Source of the DNA: Camelus ferus | Lineage: Eukaryota | Assembly: GCF_009834535.1 (NCBI RefSeq) | Contig: NC_045697.1 | Span: 24,182,001 to 24,246,000, forward strand | Length of the DNA: 64,000 nt | Reading direction: 5' to 3' | Shown: piece by piece, positions 26,621 to 39,607 of the stretch | Numbering within the stretch: the first letter of the stretch is position 1 | How the letters are laid out: the number at the start of each line of letters is the position of its first letter | Notes under the pieces: model-generated | The model's input: the letters and a program-made list of their open reading frames with translations, nothing else | The model's database searches: none | What the model was told of the DNA's origin: nothing | Made by a program: the position numbers and the translations under genes

Positions 26621-29600
26621 GTTATGATGATGATGATGTTGATGGTGATAACGATGCTGTGGAGGGGGATGTTATACCAGTCTCTAGCACTTTAGTCATT
26701 TATGTGTAGTATATATATGTTTATTTACATATCTGTGTAAATATATATATCATGTATACATAAATATATGCATATTAGATATGTAAGGCAAGATGAGCTT
26801 CCCAATCTCAAGGTCATAATTCATAATTCAGTGGGTTGCACACACACACAAATACAGTGTAAAAACAAAAATCCAATACTACAGTTTTATGTGCAAACTA
26901 CTAGAGGCAAATAGAAAATGAGGTGCCTAACTCAAACTGGTTTGACAATTTGTCTCACAGATGTCCTTATATTAGAACCATGTATACAAGACAGAAAGAT
27001 AAATAAGCTTCTACATATTTGGTACATTTCTTATGACTCCTCAGGAATACCCTTTTCTTCAGTTTACTATCCTATTCCTTTAGTTATTCCCCACTTGGGG
27101 CAATTTTAAGTCCTCTTACAAATCTTATCAGTTCCCTCTGAATATGTTGATTTACTTATATTACTTTCAATTATTGTCCTTATAATGGAATGCAATATTT
27201 GTGTCATTCTAGTGAACAGAAGAAATGACCATAAACCATCTTCTTCTGTGTACCACTCTTCTATTACTGCATCCGAAGTAAGCAACACATGCTAAATCTG
27301 ATAGATAATTAAGCCCCACCAAAAATTAGGATATTGTGAGCTTAATTCATATGATGTGGAAATGAATACAATACAGAAAAATGTATGTCAGATCTGGATC
27401 CTTCTCTTGCAAGTGAACTGGAGTGAGAAAAACCCAAACTTGATATTAAGATAAAAACTAACACAATGTTTTAAAAGAGCAATCTACAAATTCTACTAGT
27501 AGACTTTGAATGAATTAAAGTTCACACTGGGTACACACAGGGAAAATTTCAAACTTGACAAGTTTGTAGAGTTTCAGAATCTTGTGACTACAGTATAGAC
27601 TTCAAATATAAAATGTATTTCTATTTATATATAATACAACCAAGAGGATGTATCAATCTGTACATGATAAGTATTTTTACCTTAACACAAATAAGACTCA
27701 CTTTCAAATTATCCCAGGGGTTCACTACTCAGGGTGCTTTCTAAGTTTTAGAAATAGGTTCTCTGTGGCTTTGTTTACTGTTGCCACCTCAAGCCATTAA
27801 GGCAACTTTTCTGTTCCCAGTACCTTCATGAGAGCATTACTCTACTGTACACAGTCATCTCCGCATCTCCACCATCTGATGGTTGTTCTCTTCTAGACTC
27901 AAGTAAGGAACCCTGGATCTCCCCCACTACTCCCATTAAAGCTTCAGACATGTTTATGCTCATGTTTATACAACTGAAAAAAGATCTGGAATTAAATAAA
28001 AAGAAAAAAGTTGACCTGACTATATGTTCAGAGATAATGGAAGAAAGTAACAATAAAAGTAGTTTAAGGTAGTAAATGTATTTGGGCAAGTCCAGACATA
28101 TCCTCAGTGTAACTCGGGAAGCCTCCAGGCTTGCCGGCTGGCACACCTCCACCCTGCAGGGACTAGAGCTGTCTCTACACAGTCTAGGAAGCAGTGCTCT
28201 GAGCTAATAAAACTTTACATTCTCCAAGAAACCGCTGCATATATTTTCCCTTCCCTCTACCTTGATGATTGACTCCTAAGACCGCATTCCTTTTTCTAGA
28301 CTGCTTTCCAGGAGAATTGGCAGTGATGTCCACTGCTGTCACGGAAAACCCTATTCTTGGCAGTTTATACTCTGAATTTTCTTGTCCTTTTCAATTCAAT
28401 TCACATACTATACAGGTTACTTGGTAATATTTTTTTTTAAATGTGAGTAAAATATGTCATACTTCCAGTAATTTAGTGTATAAACATTGGGAGATAGTTT
28501 TAGCTTTTAGAACTATCTAGAGTATTGTATCTTAAAATTTCTGAAGAATTTGCTTTGAGGTTAAATTATTATCCACACATCTTTTATCACATGTAGAAGA
28601 GTACAATACATAGCATTTTAATAATTTAACACCATAGGTAATGTATTAAGACAAAATCTGTCTTAACTTAAATAACATCTTAGATAAACCTGTGGGTTGG
28701 CTAATGTTTTAATATTCCTACCGATATATTAATTTTTTAACCCAGCAGTTTGAAAATTTTCTAAAAAATAGATTTCTGCAAGGCATATTAACGTTGCTTT
28801 GACAATATCTTTATGGAAAAGATCTGTGCTGAAGCAATTTATACCATTTATAAAGAATGGTGGTATTATAAAAATGCGTATAATATACCTTGATAAATTC
28901 TACTTTTGAAATTTAAAATATCAGCAAAAATACTTTCTGTATAGAATAATTTTATCACAAATCCCAAATAATTTTATCTAATTAGGGGGGCAAGTTTTAA
29001 AATGTTAGTAATTAAAGACTACCTTGAAAGTCATATATTTTCAAGCTTAAGACTATGCTTAAGCATGCAAGATAGCATTCACAGGTCTTCTCAGTGCCAC
29101 CTGCATTTCATTACTCACTTTTATCATGGAAGTAAAGGTCAATCTTGTTGACACAAAATGTGTAAACCCAGGTTATTCAGACAATAAGATTTGCCACATT
29201 TATTGCAGAGTTCTCCAAATTATTTTTGCCCTTAAAATTAGAAAATAAGATGTTAAAACATTTATATAACAAATTCAAATGATTGTACTGGAATGAGAAG
29301 ATGCGTGCAGTAGTTATTCAGTTAACTAGATTCTCTGAGCTAATATCAGGGAATATGAGCTCCATTTTCATAACTTTCATTTCACATTTCAGTCAGCAGA
29401 AATGAAATGAATTTGTTCTTGTGCCTACATATTTAAGTGAAGAAAATTATTTTGTAGGAAATAACTGTATCTATGGCTGATGTCTATGCATTGCTTTTTC
29501 AGCCTTAATGAATGTCAGGTACACTCTAGTAGGGCAGGACAGAGGGTGATGAATAATTACGGGTTTTAATGTGACCTATAAACTTAGCATTTCTCAGCTG

Positions 29601-29864
29601 AGTAGGGTTCTTACAAAAATCAGATCAGCCTTTAGAAGTCTGTGCAATAACAATCTTATTTAACACCATTTTAACCTTCACTGGATGCCCCAGGTCATGA
29701 TTTCTTTTGCATTCTTATGACAGTTCCTCTTCCAATGATGTCAGAATATTTACTGTTTGTTTAAAACAGGGAAGAAAGTTTCCATTCACTAACTGTTGCA
29801 AAACTAAATACAAGTTAAAGAATGATTAAATTAACAAAGGTACTTTTAATAGAAATATTAGTTA

Positions 29865-30080
29865 GTAACAGATTCACATTACTATATATAAAATAGATAA
29901 ACAACAAAAACCTATTGTGTAGCACAGGGAACTTTATTCAATTTCTTGCAATGAGCCATAATAGAAAAGAAACTGAAAAAATATATATGTATGTATGTAT
30001 ATGTATAAATGAATTGCTTTGCTGTACAGCTAAAACTAACATTGTACATCAACTACGCTTCAATTTAAAAAAGGAAAAAA
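29865..30080 (+). mobile_element. Cetartiodactyl-type L1 3'-end fragment
   Basis: 'actatatataaaatagataaacaacaaaaacctattgtgtagcacagggaac...aactacgcttcaatttaaaaaagg'. Flanked by aaatattagtta / aaaaattagtta, a probable TSD. Confidence 0.88.
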
Positions 30081-31654
30081 AATTAGTTATGAAAACTATA
30101 AAACAAGACTAAAAACTGAAATATAAAAATGTAATTGTAATGCAGTATGCTCAACGGCTGTTTACAATTTTTGACGAATTCGAATTCAGCTTTCTGTTAA
30201 GTTTTCCCTCTTCACAAGAGTTTGATTTTTAAAAACAACATTGCCTACTGTAAAGGTAAGGAGAATGATCTCTCTCAGATACCCAGCATGTGCTGGAAAT
30301 GCCATTATGTATTTTGCATGTATTATCTTGATTAGTATTTAAATCAAATTTAATTCTTTAAGGGGAGCATAATTATTAGATATTTAGTTTAGAGGTGAGA
30401 ATACAAAACCTCAAAAAGTAGAATGAAACTAGTAACTGGAGGAGCCAATATTCAAGTCTAAAACCATATGGCTCACAACTTGTGTTCTTTGTGATGTTTC
30501 ATAACGTTTGTTCAAAATAACAAAAGTTTATTTAGCAAAATCAGTCTGACAGGTAACTTTCATATTTTATTACCAATCCTCAAAAAGACTCTGAAAGGCA
30601 AAATCTCTGAGCTTTATTTGACCTAATTCACCACAAAATTTCCAATAATTACGGAGAGAAATAGATTTAGGAGGTCCTATAACTTCCAGGAAAAAAATAT
30701 ATATAAATCCACTCTCAGCAAATTCCAAGAGTAAATACAGATTTTTCAGAATAACCAGGCAGAAACAATATGGCTATGTCAAAGAGTATTTATCAACCTA
30801 AGAATACAGAAAAAAAGTCAGTTCAGCCAGAATATATAATAGATACCAACAACATTCTCCACCATCATGACACAAGCTAACTGCCTTCCAAAGCCTTGCC
30901 AGTAGGCAAATGTCATTGAGAAAGAATTTTAAAATCACATAAAAACTTCTAGAATTATAACTCTTCCTCCTACTGTCCCACACATATCATGTACGTTGTT
31001 TCAGATATATAGTGGTGGCCACCTCATCTTGGGTAGAAACGACTTCTTGATCCGTGAGTTAAAACAGAAGAGGGAAAGATTGAGAGAGAGAGAGGAGGCG
31101 GGAGAAGAATACAATTTCTGGGATAGGATTCAGGATAAGTGTAATTAGAAAGAACACTACTCATCCATTCATTCAATTATTCTCAGACACTGCAGGCTAC
31201 AACAAAGTGATTCGGGTCCCTCCCGATCCTGATGCTGAGAAATAGAACAAGAGCCAAACATCCCCAGTACTTCCAGGAAGCAGACTAAGTAGCAATAGGG
31301 CTTTAGAAAGACCGTAGGCATCATCCAGTGAAAGAGAAATGCAGAAGACAGGTTGGGGATAAAACTGTGGGAAAAATATTTATTGTGGCCATACTAACCT
31401 GAGGTGTGACCTCTCCGCCAAGATGCCATCACTCCTGTTTTGATAGAGTGACATTTGGTGTCCTCCTGTTGATCCTCTGACTCATCAGAACCCCTGTTGC
31501 CTCTCCATCTCCACCCACACTACGGCTCATTACACTGTTCCTTACAATTACGCCTGCAAATCAAGGGAATTGTATAAACATTTACTTCTGTAATTGAAAT
31601 ACTCATATTTCTTATGATCATTTAGTAAATCATCTAGTAGGCCAAATGTTTATT

Positions 31655-32822
31655 ATATTTTTAGTCAAGTTTACTGACATAAAATTTATATACAGTGAAA
31701 TTCAATGTTTTTAGGGTGTATTTATGAATTTGGACAAATGAACACAATTATGTAACCACCATCACAATCAAGATATAGAAGAGATTTATCACACGCAAGA
31801 TACTTTCTCTTGTCCCTTTTAATCAATCCTTTTCAATTGTGATCAGTACCTTGCAACCTCTGATCTGTTTTCTCTCCTTGTAATACTGCCTTTTCCAGAA
31901 TATTGCATGAGTATCGTAAAGTATGTATTCTTTTGAATATGGCTTTTTTTCATGCAACATAATGCATCTGACATGCATCTGTACTATTGCAGGTATCAGT
32001 ACATTTTTTCCTTTTATAGGTGAGAAGTATTGCATTTTATAAATATACCACAGTTAGTTTAATTACTCAATAAGTGAATGATGTTTAGATTTTTTCCAAA
32101 TATCAGTTACCATATATAATGTGGCAATAAATATTTGTATAGAGGTTTTGGTGTGAGCATAATTTTTTTTTTATCTTGGCTGAATGCCCAGGACTAGGTT
32201 GGATTGGCTCTATGGAAAGTATATGTGTAACTTCATAAGAAAATGCCAAACTGTTTTTCAAAATGATTGACCATTTTGTTCCCTCCAACAATATATGAGA
32301 ATTTCAGTTGATTAGCATCCTTTTTAGCTTTGGTATTACATATATTTTTTCTGATCATCTGATAGGTATGCATCTGATTTTGGTTTGAATATTTATTTCT
32401 CTAATGATTAATCATTTAGTTTAGAACAAAGTATGTTTTCAAGTTCTTCCCATCTGTATATATTCTTTGTGAAGGTCAGACTATAGATAATTTGAATAAT
32501 CCAAGGTTAAAAGCTATTTTCATATGTTTCCCTCAAGAAGTTGCATAGTTTTAGATTTTTTATTTGAACCAACAATTCATCTAAGTTTATGTGAGGTATG
32601 AATTGAGGTTTTTTTTTTTTCTGCATATGGATGTCCAATTTTTTCAGCACCAATTGTTGAAAAGGCTAGTCTTACTCCAATATTGTTGACATTCAGTTAA
32701 CCACATATTTGTGTGGGTCCACTTTTGGGTTTTTTTTCCTATCCCATGGACTTAATGTCTGTCTCTTTCCTAGCACCACAATATCTTGTTTACTGTAACT
32801 TTAAAGTAAGTCTTGAAATCAG
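31655..32822 (-). mobile_element. Older L1 (L1MB/L1MC-like) 3' region
   Basis: 3' end 'tttactgacataaaatttatatacagtgaaattc...gtaaccaccatcacaatcaagatatagaa' and ORF2-like 'cagcaccaattgttgaaaaggct'. Confidence 0.85.
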
Positions 32823-33319
32823 TGTGCATTCTGAAATTTTACTCTATACATTTCAAGCCAAAGAATCATTTAAAAAAATCCAGGCACATTATAATCCTAT
32901 TGCTAAGAAACTAGTGAAAAGAAAAAAAAAAAATCTAAAATACAGCCCCCAGAAAACACACATAATGTACAGAGGAATAGAGATATGTATGAATGACAGC
33001 CCACTTCCCATCAGAAACTATTAAATCCAGAAGCCCATAGGACAAAATCTTTTACAGGCTGGGAGAGGCTTTTTGTTTTTCAGATAAACAAGAGTTAAGA
33101 GAATTTGTCATCAGTAGACATATTACAGGGAATTATAAAATGTTTCTTTAGGAAGATAGAAGGTGATACTGAATAGAAATCTCGGCCTACGTAAGAGAAG
33201 GCTGACCACTCGAAATGGCAAATATTTGTGTGAATAGAAAATATATCTAATCATTTATTTAAGCCCTTTATAAAAATGTAATTGACTATTTAACTATACA
33301 CACATACATATATATACAC

Positions 33320-33510
33320 ACATGTAGTATGTACCAGGCAATGTGGTTGGTATTCTCATTTTTATTCTTCTATTTGATCTCACAACAATTCTGTTAAGTC
33401 TTTTCCAGATGAGGAAACAGAGATGAGGATAGGTGTCACACAAATGGTAAGTGTAGAATCTTGATTCAAACTAAGACCTGTTGAATCCAAAGCCACTCTC
33501 TCCACCATGT
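33320..33510 (-). mobile_element. MIR SINE
   Basis: 'ttttccagatgaggaaacagagatgagg...gtcacacaaatggtaagtgtagaatcttgattcaaactaag'. Confidence 0.75.
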
Positions 33511-33759
33511 TGCTGGAAACTTCTTCTGGCCTTTGGGCTACCCAGCTGCCTGAGCTGGGCCAACTCACTACCTTCCCCCTAACAGGGACAAACATCTGTT
33601 CCATTTCTGGAACCAGCCTCTAAAACAACACAGTGGTGTTTATCTAGATTCTACCCAGATGCACTGAGTTCATAATTCATTTCATGAGAGAAAGACTACA
33701 GTCAATTAACAACTTGGCTTGGAAGTTTAAGTTTGCCATACAGCTTTCTTTGTGTGTAT

Positions 33760-33985
33760 GTGTGTGTGGGCAACTGGACACTTATAGTCAAAAACAACCT
33801 TCACCAAGATCTCATGCCTTATACAAATATTAGTTCACAATGGATCACAGAATTAAATATAAAATTATAAAAATTTAAGAAAAATAGGAGAAAATCTCTA
33901 CAATGTGGGGCTAGGAAAAGATATTTTACATTTGACACCAAAAGCATTACTTAGAGAAATTGCTAAGTTGGACATCATCAAACAT
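33760..33985 (+). mobile_element. Old L1 ORF2 fragment
   Basis: 'ccttatacaaatattagttcacaatggatcacagaattaaatataaaa...ggagaaaatctctacaatgtggggctaggaaaagat'. Confidence 0.7.
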
Positions 33986-36589
33986 ACACACATATATATT
34001 AAAGGCAAAATAGTGTCAACATTTTAAATAATAAAATACTTGGGAGATATGATAACATATTTTTACTGCAGTATTTTGATACAATGAGAACATATTTTAC
34101 ACCTTTTAACAGTAACCTCTTTTTATTGCAGTGTGATAAAAGGCCTTATAATTATCTATAATTGTTTTAATGAATTTTAACTAAATTCAATATGCATGTC
34201 ATTACGTTTTTTAAAAATCTGCAATTTTTCTAGGCAGTTAATAAGCAAATGTCATTAAGTCATTAGAGGTTTGCGCATACTGAACCTAATAGAGCATCAA
34301 TTTTAACCTAATAAACTATTTTGAAAACCAATACTGTATGTCTAAAAATACATGGAAAGTTATTCAAGACATATTTTCTAAGTATAGAAATACTCAGAAG
34401 CTGAATAATCAGCAAAGCATTATAAGTATTTAAAATCATGTGGTTGCATATGAATATCCATTCTGGGTTAACAAAGGCTTGAGAATAGAAAAAGTCAAAA
34501 GAACATCAAATACATCAAAGCTTGGATTATTTTATGAATATGAATATGTGATTCCCAGGTGTAATGTGTTTAGCATTTGAGTTCTGTATTTAATCTAGAT
34601 GAGTCTTATTTGAAATCAGAATCAGCCTTTCAGAATACTAAATATCAATTCCCCATGTCTCAAGCATGTCAGTAAATTGCTTAGACAATACATATAATTG
34701 AATTTAATTTGATTACTAAGTCGACTTTAAATAATTCTAAGAAAAATAAAACGAAGAAAGATGAAAAAAAGACAAATATACATAAAGTTGAAGAAAATAA
34801 TGAGTATCCTCCCTCTGTTTCCCATGCACTACCTCTGCATCGCTGCACTTGCGGCAGCACTGGTTCCTAGGCTTTGCACACTCTTTCACTTCCAAAGGCA
34901 TGGAGTCACTAGAAATCTGGTTGATAAGAGAGGAATGGAAGGAACATTCAGGCAGAGAAAAGAGCGTGAGTGAAGTGTCAGAAATGAGAAAGCCCAGAGT
35001 TTCAAGAAGTCATGGATATTGGGCTTAACATGAATATAATGTGCAAGAAAGGCAATCCAAATCCTTTCTACTCTCATCATCTCTCACAAATAGGGCCTGC
35101 AGACAGTTTCCAGAGCACATCTAATTTCTATGACTACCCTTTTTTGTGGCAGAAATTATCTCTAATTCCTATACCACACTATTGAATAAACATTCACATA
35201 GAGATTTAATGTAAGCAGTTATTACATGCATCTGGGACTCGGACATAAAAACCTGGGTTACAAAGGTATAAACAGTATTTAAATTCAAAGGATTTTAATA
35301 AGATATTTTGGTTCCTATAAGATAGAGAAAAGTTTACAATTAACCCCTGTGCTTTACAACATAGTTAAGTGAGAGGCCAAGTCTGCAAGTGGTATTTGGA
35401 AGGACATGTAATGGTGTAGAAGAGTATGTAATCTTAAAGGACTAGTTATGACATGAGTCAAGAAGGAATCAAATGTGTTAACTGCTGATAGTTTAAGTAA
35501 GATTAGAGCTGAGAATAAGGCATTGGGTTCAGCAAGAGATCTTACTAAGATGGAATCAGTGGACCAATAGGCATGAAGATATGTCTGCAGAGTGATAAAT
35601 AAAATAATTAGATATGAATACATGGAGAAAGTTAATTTAGACAATTGTCACAAGTTGTGTTTTTTAAGGAGGAGCAGAGATTTGGGAACAAAAGCGTGGT
35701 CTGAACATTTGGCACAGTCTCACCGTGCTTTGTATCAAAATTAAAAAGATAAGGATGCTTATTATGTGAATTTACAAGAGTTTACAAAATTTAGTAAATA
35801 GTAAATTACAGATTTCAAAAATCTGCTTTATTTAGTTGATAGTCTGTGATGGTTTCCTCAGAGCTGTTATATACTATTATGTAAATACCTAATCACTGAC
35901 ACACTGCATTGCTACTCTAGCCTACGTAAAGATTCCAGTGGAGTCATCATGGATTATTGTGTAAATGCCTAATTGCAAGCATTTAAGGTGGTTATGATTT
36001 ACTTGATAGTTTGTAATAGATTTTTCAAAGTAGGTATATAGCAGAACTATTCATGTCTTTTAGTGTTCAAGACCTAACTTAAAAAAGAATATCTGATTCT
36101 ATTTATGTATGTGTGTATAATACAGATCAACGTTATCATAGAAATATTTTGAGTTTTAAGGATGCAATATTTCATCAATTGAAACTTGATGCCCTTTTGA
36201 AGTCACACAGATGTGGAAATAATTGATTCTCCTAGCTACTAGCTAGTTTTAGGTTTTTAACCTCATTCTACATTGCTTACTTAAATTGGAAAATTTCCAC
36301 CATGGAAATGTTCTTATTTCTTTGCTCCTTCTTGTACATGCATCTTACTGCCTTCTGAGTAGAGAAGATCATGAATAAGTTCACTTACTTCTATAAATCT
36401 GCTTAAGTTGTTATGAAGAGCTTTCAAGATTAGGTCCCTCTGTACCATCCCACTATTATCATACTTGGTATATGTTCCAATAGATTAAACTATAATTTTT
36501 TTTCTAAAGTAACAAATTCCATGGTAAGATTTGTGCCTCTATCTATGCACTATTTAATACAACAACAATTTCAGTGAAGACTACCTGGC

Positions 36590-37865
36590 TGCAAACTGAG
36601 GCAGCAGATAGCAGTATAAAATATCATGGCCAGGATAAAACTTGTTGACAAGGTCTGACAAAACTTGAAAGAGGTAAGAAATTCAGCAATGTAGACATCA
36701 GATATCATGAGGGTATTATTCCAGGAAGAAAAACTGGCATTTAGTGCAAAGGCCCTAAGGTAGAAGTATGCTGTATGCTCAACAAAGGCCAAGGAGGCCA
36801 GTGGGACTGAATTAGAGTAAGTAAGTGGAGGTGTATAGCAGGAGGTCAGCTCAGAGAAGTAAGGATGTAAAGTACACTTTGGGCACTTTTTTGGCTGTTC
36901 TGGCTTTTGCTCTGACAGAAGAGGGAAGACATTACAGAATTTGAGACCCAGGGTTCTGTGCTGTTGAGAGTAAACTGTAGGGACAAAAAAGTGGAGATGG
37001 AAAAGACAGTTGTTAAACTTGATGAACCAAACAATGGTGATAAAGGACTGAGAAGTGGTATTCTATGAAATTGGATATAGAATGTGAGAGAAAAAAGAAG
37101 ACATAAGGTCAATTTAAGATAATTGCCCTGAGCAGGGAATTGGTTAGATTTGTGATCAACAGACCAGGAAGGAAGACCCACCTTGGGGGAGGGAGATGGA
37201 AGATCAGTTCAGATTTGTACATGTTGAAGGTAAGATAACTGCTCAAAATTCATGTAGGAAATTATTTAAATGAAGCTGGAATTTAGAGGAGAGAGCTGAA
37301 GAAAGCTTGAAGATATGAGTTATAGACATAGAGATGGCATTTGAAGCCAGTGGACTAAATATAATAATCATCAAATTGAGGAAGAGTATATGTAGAAGTG
37401 TACAAAGTCTAGAGCCTTAGTTCTTGAACACTCCAATATTAGGATGGTGGGAGAAATAGAAATAGCCAGAAATGATGTCAAGAAATAACCATAGAGATAA
37501 TAAAGATAATGAGGAGATGATTTTTTTCAAACTCAAAGAAAATATATAAAAATTAACTGTCAAATTCTGCAGACAGATCATACAAGATGAAAATTGAAGT
37601 GTGGACCATTGGATTTAGCAATATGTAAGCCAGCACCTACCTCAACAGGAGTAATGGGAGTGAAAGCCTGATTGGACTGTGTTTTGGAGTGAATGGGAGG
37701 AGAGGAATTGAAAACAGCAAGAACAGACAATTTTTAGGAGAATTTGTTGTTGTTGACGCTAAGAACATAGAAGTTGGGTGGTAGCTAGTGGGGGAAAATG
37801 AGTCTACGTAAACATTTTGCTCACATGCTTGTTTTTAAATGTGCTGATAATAGCATATTTGTGCT
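36590..37865 (-). mobile_element. L2 LINE fragment (continues at ~38480-38720 beyond an MLT1 insertion)
   Basis: Contains 'gtgcaaaggccctaaggtagaag', 'aggccagtgggactga', 'agatggcatttgaagcca' and 'ccattggatttagcaa'. Confidence 0.8.
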
Positions 37866-38478
37866 CTCTAGCAGTTTCCCATTGCTCTGTTCAAATTGCT
37901 ACAAATGCAGTGGCCTAAAAACATAAACTTACTCTCTAGTCAGACATTGAAATAAGTCTTACAGAATTAAAACCAAGGTGCTGTCAGGATTGGTCCTTTC
38001 TGAAGTCTCTAAGGGAGAATCCATTTGCTCGTTTTTTCCAGTTTTTAAGAGCAGTACCCCTTACATTCCTTGGCTCTTGGTCTTTTCTTCCATCTTCAAA
38101 ACCTGTAGCCTATCATCGTCAAATGTCTCTCTGCTTTCATCACCACAGCTCCTTCTCTCCTTCTCATCTCTTGCCTTCCTCTTATAAGGACCCCTGGGAT
38201 TACACTGGGCCCACCTGAATAATCCAGGATATTTCCTCATTTCAAGATCCTTAACTTGAGACTTGGAAACCATCTTGTAGATGCTTGAAATGCCAAAGAA
38301 ATGTTCAAAATTTGTGTGACAATAAATAATAATCTGACACTTAGACTGAAAAAAAGGGAAAAAAAAAGATCTTTAACTTAATTACATCTACAAAATCTTT
38401 TGCCATCTAAGGTACGTATTCAGTTTCTGGAGATTAAGACTTAGACATCTTGCATGGCCATTACTCAGCCTACCCCAT
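37866..38478 (-). mobile_element. MaLR solo LTR (MLT1C/D-like) interrupted by a short retroposed insert
   Basis: 'cttataaggacccctgggattacactgggcccacctgaataatccaggat...tcaagatccttaactt', resuming 'aattacatctacaaaatc...ctggagattaagacttagacatct...cattactcagcctacc'. Confidence 0.85.
38258..38365 (+). pseudogene. Short 5'-truncated polyadenylated retrocopy (or orphan L1 3' transduction) of unknown source
   Basis: AATAAA at 38321-38326 and an A-rich tail at 38349-38365. TSD aagatccttaactt (38244-38257) / aagatctttaactt (38366-38379). Confidence 0.8.
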
Positions 38479-39079
38479 ACACTGATAAAAGTGATTCAGT
38501 AGGGAGGACAATTCTTGGTAAAGGAAAACAAAAAGAGAATCTGGGGGGCATGTCTGGAGTTGGCTAGAGGCTGTGGTATGTAGTACCCAAGTGAGATGTT
38601 TGGCATTAAATAGAAATTGAAATAGTTCATCTATAATAATAGGTGAGAAGGTAGCTTATATTCATATTGGTAGTGGTAGATAAATCGATATGGTGGAAAT
38701 AAGTATATCTTCTTAGATTAGTAAGGCTTTATTGGTTACTAATCTGATTCTAACCTAGGTTGATGTGAACTGAACAATTTAGAGGCCATCTTACCAACAC
38801 TTTTCAAACAGTTCCATTGACATGTTAAGAATAAACTGGTTGAGTATCAGGTAACAAATAACAGGCAAGATAAAAATTTAGGTAATGTGATGTGACACCA
38901 AGAAGTGTTGCTTGGTACCCCTGCCCATTACAGCACCTGTTTTCTGGGTTCCCTTAGCATTACCACTTTCTGTACACTTAATATTAAACAGTGAATTCAT
39001 CCATAACAGTGCAGAGAAGGCATCTCATTCAGCTAATAGCATAGATGAAATACTCAATACATGAAACAAGTCAAACCTG

Positions 39080-39607
39080 TCCTATTAGGTATTTTGTTTT
39101 GTTTTGTTTGTTTAAGTAGTTACATGGGTTTCCTTTCCCTAACAGCATATGGATTTCTTTTTTGGAGAATTTTCTGCCCAATATTGCATGCAGTCTTGAT
39201 GGAATAGGAAATGAAGTGGCTCTACCCTACCCTTTCAGAGGTCTAAAAGGATCTGGAGGCTACATTGGCCATAAATGTCTTCTCATCATCCTGGTACAAG
39301 ATGCAGTAGAGCAATAGAAAGAATGTAAATCCAAGCTCAGCCAAATTAACTAGTCTTATATCCTACGTCTCCCTCCTCTGCCCCCAGGACAATGACTTTT
39401 TTAGCACAGAGATTGAAGAGCAGGTAAAAACAAAAATAAAACAAGGGAGTCAGGTAGTGCATGTTCTATTTTCCAATCTGTTTTCAAGTTAGAGAACTAT
39501 CCAATAAATTCTATATGCTTCTTAATATATTTCCAATACATTATGTTTTAATTAAAATTAGAGTTTAATTTTCTTTTGCTTGAGACCAAAGGACCCTAAC
39601 TCATAGA
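39080..39607 (+). mobile_element. Old ERVL-type LTR (LTR33/LTR16-like)
   Basis: 3' end 'ccaataaattc...gagtttaattttcttttgcttgagaccaaaggaccctaactcata' and 5' part 'aacagcatatggatttcttttttggagaat'. Confidence 0.5.

Noticed and set aside
34841..34862. U6 snRNA-like 5' motif (cggcagcac)
   Set aside because: Only ~9 nt match, and the similarity does not continue.
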